Positions 24,066 through 37,620 of a stretch of 64,000 nucleotides of DNA are shown one piece after another. Both the position numbers and the translations under genes were made by a program. Numbering within the stretch: the first letter of the stretch is position 1; the number at the start of each line of letters is the position of its first letter. The DNA comes from Leptogorgia sarmentosa (taxonomy: Eukaryota), in the NCBI GenBank assembly GCA_964658305.1, contig OZ210885.1, positions 7,874,001 through 7,938,000 on the forward strand. Direction: 5' to 3'. The notes under the pieces are model-generated. The model was given only the letters and a program-made list of their open reading frames with translations, did not search any database and was not told the origin of the DNA.

Positions 24066-24240
24066 GTTGACCTGCATCTAAGGACGAAAGCGGACTTATA
24101 ACCTATTAATTAATATTATTATCGAGACGAAAGCATAAGGAAAATTGCTGATTCTTATTGGTTGCCGCTTCTGAATTTCCATGCTTGAATCAAATTGTTG
24201 GTTGCTATTGGTTGTGACGAAACGGGACGAATTCTGGCCA

Positions 24241-24384
24241 AGGCCTATACTTTATACGTCGCTGTTATGACAAACTTTATAGCGTCAAAAATGGTAATTG
24301 AGGTGTCATACTCTTATTATCCTTGTTTGAATTGCATTTTACACGACGCAAGTTTGACATAACAGCGACGTATAAACTAGGCCT
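24241..24384. mobile_element. Harbinger-type MITE
   Basis: AGGCCTA..TTTATACGTCGCTGTTATGACAAACTT / AAGTTTGACATAACAGCGACGTATAAACTAGGCCT inverted arms. Confidence 0.65.
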
Positions 24385-25284
24385 AAACCATGCGTATGAT
24401 AGCTGCGTTCATATGTCTGCATGTTGGGTATTTCGTGAAGCGGAACTTTCAATCGATCGATTGTACCATAGCTTACCATATAGTTATACCGACTAACAAT
24501 ATTCGAAAAAGGTCGTAGACATCGTCATAGTTGCGTTTCAGATAATTTCCAGAGTGAAGGAAATACTTTATTTCAGTGAAGAAAATTTTTCAAAACAGGA
24601 GTTGTCATATTCAAATTTGTTGTTTAGTTGTTAGTTGGCAGATCGAATTGATTAATGCATAAAAAAACACATTGACAAGATCATCAAAGTACTTAGGCTT
24701 CAAATATTTAGATTGAGTTATAGCTGAGAACGCCTTATAGTGATCATGGAGAACGAAATTGTTAATTTGAATGTTGTATTTGTTAATAATATCTTCCAAA
24801 TTCTGTTTACAATCCTTACCCATATACATTAATATTATTTCCCGAGTTTATGTTCTGAATATCCGGCAAGAGATTTATTCAGCGAATTGGAAAAATGCGA
24901 ACATCTGTTCTGGAGTCCGACAGCCGAAAGTGTGCAACCCTTTAGAGAAATAGTCCAAGATGTTGGCGCTGTAATGTCTTTGTACACTAGACAAAGCTAT
25001 CCCAGAGTCCGGAATAGTACATTCAATGCAAATTGAATGAGATCAACTGCATAAATTTTTTTTGAAATCACTTCGCGAAAAGAAGAAAAAAAGCTTGAAA
25101 GAAAGCAAAAAAATGAAAAGGATCCAACTCGCTGCTGGCGAGTCGGGACCATATCCTCTGAGCTAACGAAGCTCGACAAAATTGACGGTAAAAACCTTTT
25201 ATATGAATTGATTTTGCAATACAATATATAAAGTACGCGCGGTTACTAAGCAAGTGATCCCAAAAATTTTTTTTGCCAACCGCA

Positions 25285-25503
25285 TACGTTATCATCTCGC
25301 TATGAATGTATCCTGAAATTGCAGTGTTAAGTGCATTGTTCATGGTGAATCCAACCACGACAGACAGAGCAGTCCGTTTTGTTCTACCAATGCTGTGGAC
25401 TTACTCTAGAAACTTAGATTCCCCTGGCGGAGTAGCGGCAATTGATGGGACCAGACGCGAGATACAACGACCTCAAACGGAACCACAGCAGCAGTTCTAT
25501 AGT
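25285..25503 (+). pseudogene. Harbinger/ISL2EU-type (HARBI1-like) transposase remnant
   Basis: MYPEIAVLSALFMVNPTT (HTH-like) and AAIDGTRREIQRPQTEPQQQFYS (first catalytic Asp motif). Confidence 0.65.
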
Positions 25504-26429
25504 GCCAGCGACATAAATAGAGCGCTTTGCGATTGTTTGTGAAAAATGTGGCTCTCTAAAAACCAAATTTACCTTAAATATTCCGTCCATTCATGCAGCA
25601 TTTGCCTAGACGCTAAAGAGTATTTATGATCGGTATGTGTGTAGGTTCAAAACAGAATACTTGAAACTATATCTGATTTCGTTTGTTTTGTCTCGGGCTT
25701 AATAAACGCACAAGCCCGTTTTAATACAAGCTACAAATTCTATTTTCCTGGGATTGAATGTTTCAACCATTCTGTATGGCAAAGCGTCAAAATATAGTAG
25801 ATATTCCGTGATCACAATGACACCGCGGGTCCGCGGGCAGTCCAAACATGTACAAATGTGTCAGTGCCGACACGCTTTACTTGTAAAGGAAGCTCATATA
25901 ACTATCAGGCAGTAATCAATGCTTGAAATTATATTATTATTGTAATCAACCTTATAACTGAAGATAGCTAACACTAAAACAGAAGAAGATATTTTAGACA
26001 CAGTCACGAAATATGTTGCTTGAGACGTGATATGTTGCTATACAAAGAAAAATCGTTTGCTCTGTTTCGACTTGCTGTTTCATATTTTTTAATATGAACG
26101 CCGAACGTGTAAATTTTTCAAACGACTTCATGAACGCGATTAAACGTTTTTTCCTGATCGTTCGAACGGTTTGTCAAGAATTTTATGACGATTTTGTCCG
26201 AACGTTTCAACGGCCAAATAGCAGCTCCGAACGATCTGCGAAAACGTTTTAACGAAAAGCTAAATCGTATAAACGGTAAACGAACGGTAAACGAACGATT
26301 TTCCCGACCATTTGGCCAAAGCGTTAACGTATGAAATCCCATGGAAGGTCACATATTATTATATATTTACCTGCTCGGATTCTTCACCTTCGATTCTTAG
26401 ATTTCTCAGCGTAAAAGTTCACCTTTCTT

Positions 26430-27617
26430 TTAATTGATCTCAGCTTTGACTTTGTTTCTTAAGATCTTCCACTGCTGTACGTCTCCTAAATGGAAGGCTT
26501 TTTGGCGCTTTTTTATAAGGTCCTTGATGTACGGTGTTATCCATGGTTTATCAGTTACGTGAGTGTTCACTTGCCTCAACGGGAAATACAGCTCAATTGC
26601 GTTCATTAGTTGCGAGGTAAGCGATTCTGCTAGATTATCAACTGTAGGGTTCAGTCCAACATCTTTAAACCATTCATGTGTACTAACCCAACGACCAAAA
26701 GCATTAAGTGCTGGTTGTGAATAACGACGAAAAGTCCGTTTTACATTCTCGTTTTTACCGGTGTTATTAGTTTCAGCACAAACCGACAGCGGCGACCAGA
26801 CTATTACATTGTGGTCAGATGTGCCAAGTGGCGCCAGGATTTCTGGGTCGCTGTAAAACCTGTGGAGGTCAGTGAGAAATAAATCAAGGATTGCGTTATT
26901 CCGTGTCGGTTTTGATACGATCTGTTTAAGGTTTTGCCTTACAGATAGAACCCTGGTATTTGATCTGTTAAATTCTCCAAGGACAAGTATGCCACAATGA
27001 GAATATCTATTGCGAACGTGATCGATAGACCATGATAAATATTCATTTAGGTCACGCTGCTCGTGTACGTTTTGATCCGGTGGGTTATATACGACACAAA
27101 TGGCAATGCTTGTTAATGGCCTTGGAAGCCGACTTGGTCGCAACCATGTCCAAATACACTCGTACTGCGAGTTTTCAAGATCCAACAAGCGTTTGCTATA
27201 AATAGAATTTGAGACGTACAAGCCAACACCACCACCACGGCCACACACACGATCACGTCGGTATAAACAGAAACCAGTCACAGATAAAAGTTCGTCATCG
27301 ATCTCTTTACGGAACCAGGTTTCCGTAACTGCGGCTACATCAATTTTATTAACGTCCAGAAGTACCGAAAATTCATCGATTTTCGATACAAGGGATCGAG
27401 CGTTCAATAATAAAAAACGAGGCAGCCATGAGAAATTATTATTCTGTTTTCTTGGAGTAGATTGCAAGGAAATAGGAAGGCAGTTTGTATGTGCTTTGCG
27501 TACAGGTTCTTTCCTTAAGAAGCGTTTTGTAATTCTAGTCGGTAATTGATTAAATTGCTCTGCCTCTGGTAAATTCATAATGTTGTTACTTGATGGACAA
27601 GTTATATGGCTCCGCAT
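26430..27617 (-). mobile_element. LINE (CR1/L2-type) ORF2 5' part: AP endonuclease, RT missing
   Basis: LLLNARSL, VTETW, GGGVGLYV, LGEFN (normally GDFN), ILDLFLT, SDHNVI, KPWIT motifs. Confidence 0.9.
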
Positions 27618-29203
27618 AGGGGGAGGAAGGCGATTGGTTTTTGCATGTGGATTTTTGACTCGGTCTCCTCATTTACCTCATTTTTCTCATTTTCCCCCTG
27701 CAGCTGAACAAGTTTAGCCGCGAGACGCTTGCATTCAATCTCAGCCTAAAAATAGAACGTGTATATTATATATTTAGTTGAGTGAAACATTTCTTAAGAT
27801 CCAGGACTCGTTCCGGTCAAAAACAGAAAAGACTGAAGCAAAATATTTTGATAAATACTGTATAGAAATCGACAGAAATATTCATGAGAATCTTTTGTGT
27901 TGTACACGTGGGCTTTCTAATAAATCGTTCTCGATAAAAAGCGAATGCAGTGATTAACAATTATTGGATGAGGTTTTTGTGATATGCGGAATTATCAAGG
28001 TCGATGTAAGCGTTATGAGCCGAGCCGAAACCGAATTCAATAATTGTTTTATTATACATTTGAAGAATAATAAACAATGTATTAATGCATGAAAAACTTC
28101 ATTTATGAAAACATAGGCTCATTTTGTACATATTAAATTAGTTATCTGCTAGCAGATGGGGGGCAATACTAAAACATCAATATCTCCGCTAACACTCGCA
28201 CGTGATTCTGTACTTTCTGCGATCATTCTGCTAGCAGATAACTGGATTTCCTGTAGGTTGCGTGATTGCGCGATTTAACTGTAAGCTCTTAGCCAATCAG
28301 ATTGCTTTTACCATCTACAATGTATAATAATCCACCTTGTCTGGTTGTAGAGTCGATGCTACATTAAGTCGCTGGTTCAGTGATAAACAATAAATCCTTT
28401 AATAAGTAAAAATACAACTCATACAATATAAACTTTAAATATGAACAACCGCCATATTGTTCTCGTCCCTATCCAACCATGTGTTCGCACTTTTTGGCGA
28501 TTACGTCATTGTCAATAATGTCCCGTATTTATCTTAAATCGTTCGCACACTGGTCTTTGTGCATTTTCGGCCACCGAGGTTTTTAAGTGCTCAACCTGCA
28601 AATAAATAAATGTAAAATATTCAATGCGAAATCCAAGCACGTAGGTTTCTCCTCGTGTTCTGGAGACACAAGTTTTATTGCCTATTAATTTTCAAGAAGA
28701 TTGAAAATGATCTCCGCAACCTTGTTGTATTATACAAACGTAAAATACCTTCTCGTAATTTTCCAGCCTTCTTTCTATCGATTCTTTTTTCCGTAGATCC
28801 TAAAGATAATTACGAAAGAATTTTTTCACTGTGTAAAAATCTCCCACAGAACACTTGAATGAAAAAACACAGGACACACGAACGATCCATCCAGTCACGT
28901 ACTTCTTGTTTGTCAATTTCTTGTTGCATATTTTGCTCCGTCAATTTCTCTAAATAACGTAAGAAAAAGCAATCAAGTTACCATGAAGATTAAACACAAC
29001 TTCAGTAACTAATCAATGATGGTATTAAGAATTAATAAAAAATCCTTACTCAACTTTTTCTTGTACCCCTCAATAATGGATTCATATTTAGCCTAAAGGA
29101 ATGAAAGCATCTGATTACTTCACATCACGATATCACGGTTCATTTACAGCAACAACTAAGTCATCGGCTTCACAATTTTTAGATCAATTTCTTATAGAAA
29201 TAC

Positions 29204-30249
29204 CATAGGTAGCCCAGCGCACGCATGACGTAACATTCAGTAGTATAATATGATCATATATATCATAATATTAAACAATTATTGAACGAGGTCGAGTAGG
29301 ATATGAGGAATTATTAAGGCGAGGTTTATGTTATTTGTCGAAGCCGAAGGCTGAGGCAAATAACACAAACCCAGGCCTTAATAATTCAGCATATCCTACG
29401 AGAACCGAATTCAATAATTGTTTTATTATTTATCTGTATCTTTATCAGACTTAGGGTAAACGCATTGTACACAAGAACTTTCTTTGAGAAAGCCATTTGT
29501 ATTTTTCAGCTTTTGGCGTAAGCAGCATAAATTAGTCGACGTCATAATGTCATATAATTTTCAATATACGACATAATTACGTCATAATGTCGTATATTTA
29601 AGAAATAGATAACGAGTCGCGTGCCATTATGCTGTTATAATGCACAAGGGAAATGTTGAGAGAATACGAGAGAATCCCGTACGCGATAATTTTACGCGAT
29701 TCTCGAGTATTCTCACAACATTGCCCGAGTGCAATTATAACAGCATAATGGAAAGCGACGAGTTTTTCTATTTCTTTTATATATATATTATAATATTTTA
29801 AAATTATTTTTAAATTATATTTTATAATATAAGAGAATATTAGCGCAACAAATAACTTCGTTAGGAAGATCAAAATTACAATTCTCTTTACATGTAATCA
29901 AGCGTGTTCTCAAATGTTGCCAAGCAGCAACACAGCTTCATTCCTTTAGCTGAGCGAAAGCAAACAATTCAAGCCTTTTTTATGGATGTATTTTTAGTAT
30001 ATATGTATTTTTATTGTCTTTTTGTCAAACCAAAGAGTCGCAAGAGAAATTTAATAGCTAAATGCGTGCATTACGCTGTTATAATGCACGCTCATTAGCC
30101 AATCACGTTGCAGATTTTACCCTACTTATATTATAAGAGGATTTATTGCACTGCTCTTAACCAATCAAAACTCTTGAATTATTTGAAATAAATAATAAAT
30201 CATATTATACTACTCGATGTTACGTCATGCGTGCGTTGGGCTACCTATG
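29204..30249. mobile_element. P-element-like MITE with nested palindromic insertions
   Basis: About 50-bp inverted arms CATAGGTAGCCCA.CGCACGCATGACGTAACAT...; 7-bp direct repeat GAAATAC at 29197-29203 and 30250-30256. Confidence 0.75.
29273..29428. repeat. Long imperfect hairpin repeat (Crypton-like non-autonomous type); relatives at about 27955-28060, 29620-29750, 42744-42905, 48403-48562, 63398-63530
   Basis: AAACAATTATTG...GCCGAAGGC loop...AATAATTGTTTT foldback. The Crypton assignment is inference. Confidence 0.6.
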
Positions 30250-33065
30250 GAAATACTCCTCCAGCCGTATTATAACAAGATATGATCTTATATCCACGTA
30301 TAACATGTGCATTTATATTTAATAAAGCACCGATCGTTCTACATGTGTTGTTAGATTATTGAAAGTTTGTGCACGATGGCGTTTCAACATGAGGCTGAAC
30401 GGATAATACATTAAAAAACGTATGACAGTTTCTTTCGTGTGGCGAAGGACATGAACTTCATCTCGTAACTCTCGAGATTCTTGAGCCAGACTTTGAAGTT
30501 GTGCTATCTATAATACAAAAAAACACGACTCAAAAACATGTCAGTGCTTTTTATGTTTTAATGTAATTGCTGTTCTTTAAATTCGATCTACTCACTCGCT
30601 CACACAAACCTAAGTGTTCTTTCTCGTATGAGTCGCATCTAGTACGAAGTTCATCCCGATCTATAAATAATAGTGAAATTTGTAAAGAAAAAACCGACTC
30701 TTGAAAAAAGAAAGAAAACAAAACAAACAATTCAGTAGTAGGAAGAGTTTCAACACGAACAGACTTGACTCAAGAGCGCAGTTCTCTTCCCTTAGTTGTT
30801 CCACCTCTTCCCTTAATTGTTCCGCCTCTAGTCGAAGCCTGAAACATTCATCAGAATCTCTGCAAAAATAATTGCCTGTCAGGGACTGTAGTATCTTCAT
30901 ATCTCTGCTTTTATGAGTAATACAAGCAAGCATTTCAAACGCTTCTTGAAAACTTTCCAGTAGTTACTGCATACCGTAAACACATTGTTTATTGGACAAC
31001 ATAGAACCATAGAACTTAATTATACTAGTCTTAAAATGTAATGCAATGTTAATGCAACAATGGGGGGGGGCTCAACTTGCTTTGCCCTGCATCGCACTTG
31101 TGCTTTACTGCAGTGTATAGTCCACTTCAAGAAAAAGATTTATAAATTTTTAAAGCAGTTTACGAACCCATGTTGGTTGTTATGAGTTCTTAACCGTTTT
31201 TTAAGAACTCGCACTTTTAGTTCTTCATTTTCCGCTTCGAGAATAGAGTTGTTCTCTCTCAACAATGATAACTACATTGTAAGAATTAAAACAAATTATA
31301 TGTATACCTACAAGCCATCACTTTTCTTTATTGATTGTTGTGAACTTATGCTGAAAAAACCTGGTTTAGTCATTTACTCAGCGTTACACAATGTAATATG
31401 TGCCACTAAAAAAAATTAATGATCGACCATAACAGTACATATGCTCATACTTGTCCATCTTATTCATGACATCTTTGCGAGATGTCTTCATTTTCTCGAA
31501 TTGATAAATTCAATCGATGCTGAAAAAATACACATAATTACACGGTGGAATTGTACTGTATCTCCTAATATTTTCTTCTATTTAGTCCATTTTTTACTAC
31601 ACATAAACAGTTACAGTTACAGTGTGTTTAAAAACAATCCTGTATCTCTAGATCTTGAATTGCATCATAATAAATATCAACAGGACTTGAAACATCCTCA
31701 TTTTGTAACTACACCAACAAAAAAATGTTCAAATTTATTTTTCTGTTCATTTTTCAATACATAATGAGAGGCGCTGCACAATATACCTCTTTTTATATTT
31801 CACCACTTCTAAAAACCTGGGAAGATTTTTTCATGATGCGAAGATAGACTAATTCAGTAATGTAATATTGGCCAGTTTTTGAAAAGCTTCGGAAATATAT
31901 CTTTCACGTGATATAATGATACGAAGTCGGACTATAATTACGTATCGTAATATTATACATTGTAGGTAAAACAGTATTATGTCAATGGACATAAAAACAA
32001 AACGCAAATGTGTCGATAGATAATCAGCAAGTAGCAAGGGCCGAAGCCCCTGCATCTGTGAGCTGTCAAACTTGGCACTATATTTATCTAACTAAGCCAA
32101 AGATAATGCAAAGCGGCAGGGATTATAAATACGAGATGTAAAATGAAATACAGTTGGATCTGTGTAACCTCTTTCGGGACACTGTATGGACTGACAACTG
32201 TATACATACATACAAAGCGAGCGCATGAAAAAAGCAGTGAAGAGAAAGTTCGCCGGCAACGTCGTCTCCCTGGAAATAAAACAACCACGTTGGTTTCAAC
32301 GACAGTTTCTTTCGTGTGGCGAAGGACATGAACTTCATCTCGTAACTCTCGAGATTCTTGAGCCAGACCTTGAAGTTGTGCTATCTATAATACAAAAAAA
32401 ACACGACTCAAAAACATGTCCGTGCTTTTTATCTTTTAATGTAAATGCTGCTCTTTAAATTCGATCTACTCACTTCCTCACACGAAACTATGTGTTCTTT
32501 CATGTATAAGTCGCATCTAATACGAAGTTGATCCCTATCTATAAATAATGGTGAAATTTGTAAGGAAAAAACCGACTCTTGAAAAAAGAAAGAAAACAAA
32601 ACAAACAATCCAGTAGTAGGAAAAGTTTGAACACGAACATACTTGATTCAAGAGCGTAGTTCTCTTCCCTTAGTTTGACTACCTCTTCCCTCAATTGTTC
32701 AACCTCTAAACAAAGCCTAAAACATTCATCTTCTTGCAAAAATAATTGCCTGTCAGGGACTGTAGTATCTTCATATCTCTGATTTTATGAGTAATACAAG
32801 CAAGCATTTCAAACGCTTCTTGAAAACTTTCCAGTAGTTACTGCATACCGTAAACACATTGTTTATTGGACAACACAGAACCATAGAACTTAATTATACT
32901 ATAGTCTTAAAATGTAATGCAATGTTAATGCAACAATGGGGGGCTCAACTTGCTTTTCCCTGCATCGCACTTGTGCTTTACTGCAGTGTATAGTCCCTTC
33001 AAGAAAAAGATTTATAAATTTTTAAAGCAGTTTACGAACCCATATTGGTTATTATGAGTTCTTAA

Positions 33066-33590
33066 AGAATGAGTCTCAGGGTAATGCATTGCGCGCTTGG
33101 TCAATGCTTGATCGGCCATTTTAGGGTGCACGGAAAATGGCGACGTAGCTATCTTTAGAGTGTGCAGTTTGATTCTGCGGACATCTCATCACTTTTGATT
33201 GAATATTCATCATTTTTTAATTAATACTGTCACTATTCTCTATTTTTCCGTGATATTTCGTATTTATTTAGCAAGTCCGTAAATAATAGTATCATACTGC
33301 TAGCCATGTCTGTGAGCGGCTCATCGGCCCCAAAGCGTGGACGTGGTTGATCGTCCTCGATATCGTATTGCGAGACATTTAAATCTTCATCGGTCTCCGA
33401 ATCAGACATTTCATTTAGAAAAAGATAAAGGTTTGTGAACGGATAGCAAAATGCCGAGTTGTCATATGTAATACGAGAGCAACGCTGCAACAGACGCAAT
33501 ATTATGCAAATCGCAATTGCTACTGTGACGTCATTCCTGGTTGTAAACCATAACAATAAGCGCGCAATGCATTACCCTGAGACTCATTCT
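33066..33590. mobile_element. Kolobok-like non-autonomous element inserted in a HOOK exon copy
   Basis: 33-bp TIRs AGAATGAGTCTCAGGGTAATGCATTGCGCGCTT, TTAA on both sides; empty TTAA site in the paralogous copy at 31190-31193. Confidence 0.85.
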
Positions 33591-34500
33591 TTAACTGTTT
33601 TTAAGAACTTGAACTTTCAGATCTTCATTTTCCGCTTCAAGTATGGAATTGTGCTCTCTCAACGATGCCATAACTACATTGTAGGAATTAAAACAAATTT
33701 ATATGTATACCTACAAGCCATCACTTTTTATTGATTGTTGTAAACTTATGCTGACAAAACCTGGTTTAGTCATTTACTCAGCGTTACACAATGTAATATG
33801 TGCCACTAAAAAAAATTAATGATCGCCCATAACAGTACATATGCTGATACTTGTCCATCTTGTTCATGACATCTTTGCGAGATGTCTTCATTTTCTTGTA
33901 TTGATAAATTCAATCGATGCTGAAAAAATACACATAATTACACGGTTGAATTGTACTGTATCTCCTAATATTTTTTTCTATTTAGTCCATTTTTTACTAC
34001 ACACACACAGTACATATGCTCATACTTGTCCATCACGTTCATGACATCTTTGAGAAACGTCTTCATTTTGGGCCAAAACAAAACTCAATTGATGCTGAAA
34101 AAATACACATAATTACACTGTTCAATTGTACTGTATCTCCTAATATTATTTTCCATTTAGTCCATTTTTTACTACACATACACAGTTACAGTTGCAGTGT
34201 GTTTAAAAACAATCCTGTATCTCTAGATCTTGAAATGCATCATAATAAATATCAACAGGACTTGAAACATCCCCATTTTGTAACTACACCAACAAAAAAA
34301 TGTTCACATTAATTTTTCTGTTCATTTTTCAATACATAATGAGAAGACGCTGCACAATATACCTCTTGAATGGCATGCATGATTACTTCTTGCACGTCAT
34401 CTGCCAGTTTCATGATTTTTGTTATGAATTCTAATAGAAAATATCTACCATTAATAAATTGTTTAATATCTATAGTGGCATTGCACTTGCACATGATCTA

Positions 34501-35552
34501 CACCTCTTCCAGGTCATTTTCAGTGATTTCTAAACGAATTTCAGAAAACGCAGGTCAATTTCAGACATTTGCAAGTGAGGTTCAGTTAATACAAGTTTAT
34601 TTCAGACATTGACACATTCATTTCAAAAGTGTTCGAATGAATTTCAGGTTAAGGAAATGAAGGTGCAGAAGTGCAAGTGAATTTCAGAAATGTTCAAGTA
34701 AACTTCAGATAATGCAATACAATTTCACGCAATTCATAATGGATTTCAGACTCATTCATTTTGAATTCAAGAATATTTTAGCATTACCTTCATTCATATA
34801 AGGAAATGAAGTTCAAATAAGGAAATGAAGGTGCAGAAGTGCAAGTGAATTTCAGAAATGTTCAAGTAAACTTCAGATAATGCAATACAATTTCACACAA
34901 TTCATAATAGATTTCAGACTCATTTTGAATTCAAGAATATTTTAGCATTACCTTCATTCATAAATTTTTCTTACATGATTATTACAAACAAAATTTTTTT
35001 GCTACAATCTAACAAATACCATCATATTACTTCTATCTGTGGGCGATATTCGATTATAAAGACAACGAGGCATTGTACTGTAGAGTAACAAGAGCAAGCG
35101 AGGTTACAAGTAGGAGATTTAAGTCCAACGTTTTATGATCGTCTGCTTGCCAACCAGAACTACAGCTCTTTTTAAACCTATCGTTGTTGTATTTGCATGT
35201 AATTTCCTACGGTATTTTCTTGCTTATATGCACACAGGTATTAATCCCTGTAATTCTAAGGGAATAGACAGATTGAGCGTGTCTGAATTTTGTTTGGTAT
35301 TCCCTGAAATGTACTTGTTAATGTTTGAATTTCAATTGCAAATATCTGATTTTGTTATGGAGAATCTGAATATCTTTTGGACTAATCTGAAATTTACCTG
35401 ACATATTTGCAAACATTTGGAAATACATGAATTTCATTTGGAAAATTTGAATATCAGTTATAAAGTTCTGAAATTTATTTGTCTAAACTGAATATTATCT
35501 AAAAATATTTGAATTTCATCTTGAATTGTCTGAAAATGACCTGGAAAAGGTG
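34501..35552. mobile_element. TA-flanked MITE sharing the CACCT(T/C)TTC terminus with the 9661-11396 element
   Basis: CACCTCTTCCAGGTCATTTTCAG / CTGAAAATGACCTGGAAAAGGTG; internal tandem duplication of about 164 bp. Confidence 0.7.
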
Positions 35553-36160
35553 TAGTCTCTACATGCAGCTAAGATAAAATTAGCCTGTAGGTGGTCAACT
35601 TCAGGAACCAAAGCAGCAGGGTAAGGTACAAAGTTAAAATGCACTGTTTTGTACAAAGATTACCTTGTTTCCCATCACAAGTGACGGCACATCCGACTCC
35701 GAGAATTAATTGGAGCAACCGCCCCAACTCCTTCTTGTCATGTTTTTCAGCTGTAATTTGGAAATATTGTGAACTCAAATACTGCAGCAATATCAAAGTG
35801 TTAAAATTCATAAAATCTGTGTACTGGTATAGATCTGTTAATTGGTAGGACTTACCAATACAAGCAACATCAGGCAGTGTAAATTGGTCCATTTCAATAT
35901 TGGGAACCTGTAGTTGAAATAAAGCTTTTTTTACATGAAAAAGTAATATAAAGTAATATAGAGACGTAAATAAGTCGTTAGTCCCCGAGCCACGGGGCGA
36001 AACGCCGTCCGGACGGTCATACTAAATACCGTCAACTACCGTCAACCACCGTCAACAGGTCGATAAATACCGTCAACAAGCGACAAGAAGCAGCAAATAC
36101 CGTCAACAAGCAGAAAATTCCGTAAATTTATATATCTAAACATGTTTAAATCTTAATTAA

Positions 36161-36680
36161 CTAAATTCGATAAATTGGGTGGTTCTTGTAGTATGCGAAG
36201 TTTAACACCAGTTCTACGCAGGTGCGGACTCTCAGCTCGCATGACAATGTTTCATCACCTTGAATTGCGACCGAAACTGAGTTGAACAGGCAATTACCAT
36301 CGCCTTTCACATGGACTGGTACTCGGGATACCGTTCCGCACAAGTTGATCACAGACTGGGAATACTCGTGAATCTTGTTGCTGGTTGGTAAATCCGATTG
36401 CTTCCTTTGATTCGGCTGCTTGAGGGGATGATTCTTAAGTAGAATCGACTCCAGGATCGCGGCATGGTGAAGATTCTTTTCATTTGGTAAAAAAACCAAA
36501 TGCGTAACAAAGGGCAATGGGATGTTTAAGCCATACTTCATATTTAAAGTTTCGTGAATATTGGGATAGCGTGTGAAGGCATTTCTTCTTGCTGGTCTTG
36601 TTGAGATTTTCAAAGTGAGCAGGAGGTTTGCGCTCTGATTTCAAAAAATCGTGGACGTCTTGCACAGAGGCCTGAAGCCT
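36161..36680 (-). pseudogene. Truncated OTU-like (vertnin-like) cysteine protease fragment
   Basis: VPVHVKGDGNCLFNSVSVAIQGDETLSCELRVRTCVELV; breaks off before the catalytic His. Confidence 0.7.
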
Positions 36681-37349
36681 ACACAGAATTAATACATGAA
36701 AATGTTTATAGTGTAAAGAAACAAGAAAACATAGTTGTTTGCAAATAACAACACTACAATCTACAACAATTGATATTGCCAGTAGAGTAAAGTTATAGAC
36801 TTATAGTGTACTACGCGATCTAAGTGAGTGACACTGAGAGGAGACTTTACTCTAACATACCTTATATTTAGCGATGTTCACTCCAGATTACAGCCATTCA
36901 ATTCCAGCGCAGCTAGGGTTACCACTCGATGCAGTATTAAAGGCCATTTTTACAAAAATATTTTAGAAACTACGACCTGAAAACAGTCCACGTGTATCCC
37001 AGTTCGAAGGATTGCAAAATTTCTGACCGGATGTCAATCATGCGCACCCATTGCGCATGTGCAGAACTACAATAGTCATAAATTTCGCGTCACACCTGCA
37101 TCTTCGAGAAATTAGCAAAACCATTGCTATTATACTGGCTCTATTCTTCTTACCCATTCTTTTGGCGTTTTCTGTATTTAAGTTCTTATTGACATGATCT
37201 TGCTTTTCCACCAAAAATGATTTTGCTGATCATGTTTAAAGTGTAACAATTTCCTAAAACTTACTCTGATTTATTATTTGAAGACGTTTGCTGAAATGTT
37301 CGGCATCTTGTGGAATATGAACGTTATAACGAAAGAATTAGGCAACTTT

Positions 37350-37420
37350 GCGTTGGCGCTTCAGTGGTAGAATTCTCGCCTGCCACGCGGGAGACCGGGC
37401 TTCGATTCCCCGCTAACGCA
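37350..37420 (+). pseudogene. tRNA-Gly(GCC), degenerate
   Basis: GCGTTGGCGCTTCAGTGGTAGAATTCTCGCCTGCCACGCGGGAG...; substitutions in A and B boxes. Confidence 0.8.
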
Positions 37421-37504
37421 GATTATTTTCATTTAGTTGCATTTCAACTGCAACACGAGAAACAAACTGGCTTTGTAACACAGGAATAGTGAACAAGTTA
37501 TCAC

Positions 37505-37576
37505 TCCCATGTTGTCTAGTGGTTAGGATCTGGCGTTTTCACCGCCATGGCCCGGGTTCGATTTTCTGGGTGGGAA
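37505..37576 (+). pseudogene. tRNA-Glu(TTC), degenerate 3' end
   Basis: TCCCATGTTGTCTAGTGGTTAGGATCTGGCGTTTTCACCGCCATGGCCCGGGTTCGATT... Confidence 0.8.
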
Positions 37577-37620
37577 TTTTTTCTGAAAATTTCAATTCGA
37601 AGCAGCTTGTGTTCACATTC

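Larger units (their letters stand above)
22141..26352. mobile_element. Decayed PHIS-superfamily (PIF/Harbinger-ISL2EU-like) element with nested insertions
   Basis: Perfect 31-bp TIRs GTGACCTTCCATGGGATTTCATACGTTAACG at 22141-22171 and 26322-26352, AT on both flanks, internal Harbinger-type transposase remnant. Confidence 0.7.
30424..35907 (-). pseudogene. HOOK: Intron-containing internal fragment of a HOOK (dynein adaptor) gene, partly duplicated
   Basis: GT-AG exons: FTLPDVACI (35856-35907), ELGRLLQLILG..CAVTCDGKQ (35664-35750), FITKIMKLADDVQEVIMHAIQE (34363-34430), VSQRCHERDGQ, RDELRTRCDSYEKE, LQSLAQESRELRDEVHVLRHTKE. Order matches HOOK1-3; no start or end; frameshifts and a TE insertion. 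Confidence 0.85.
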
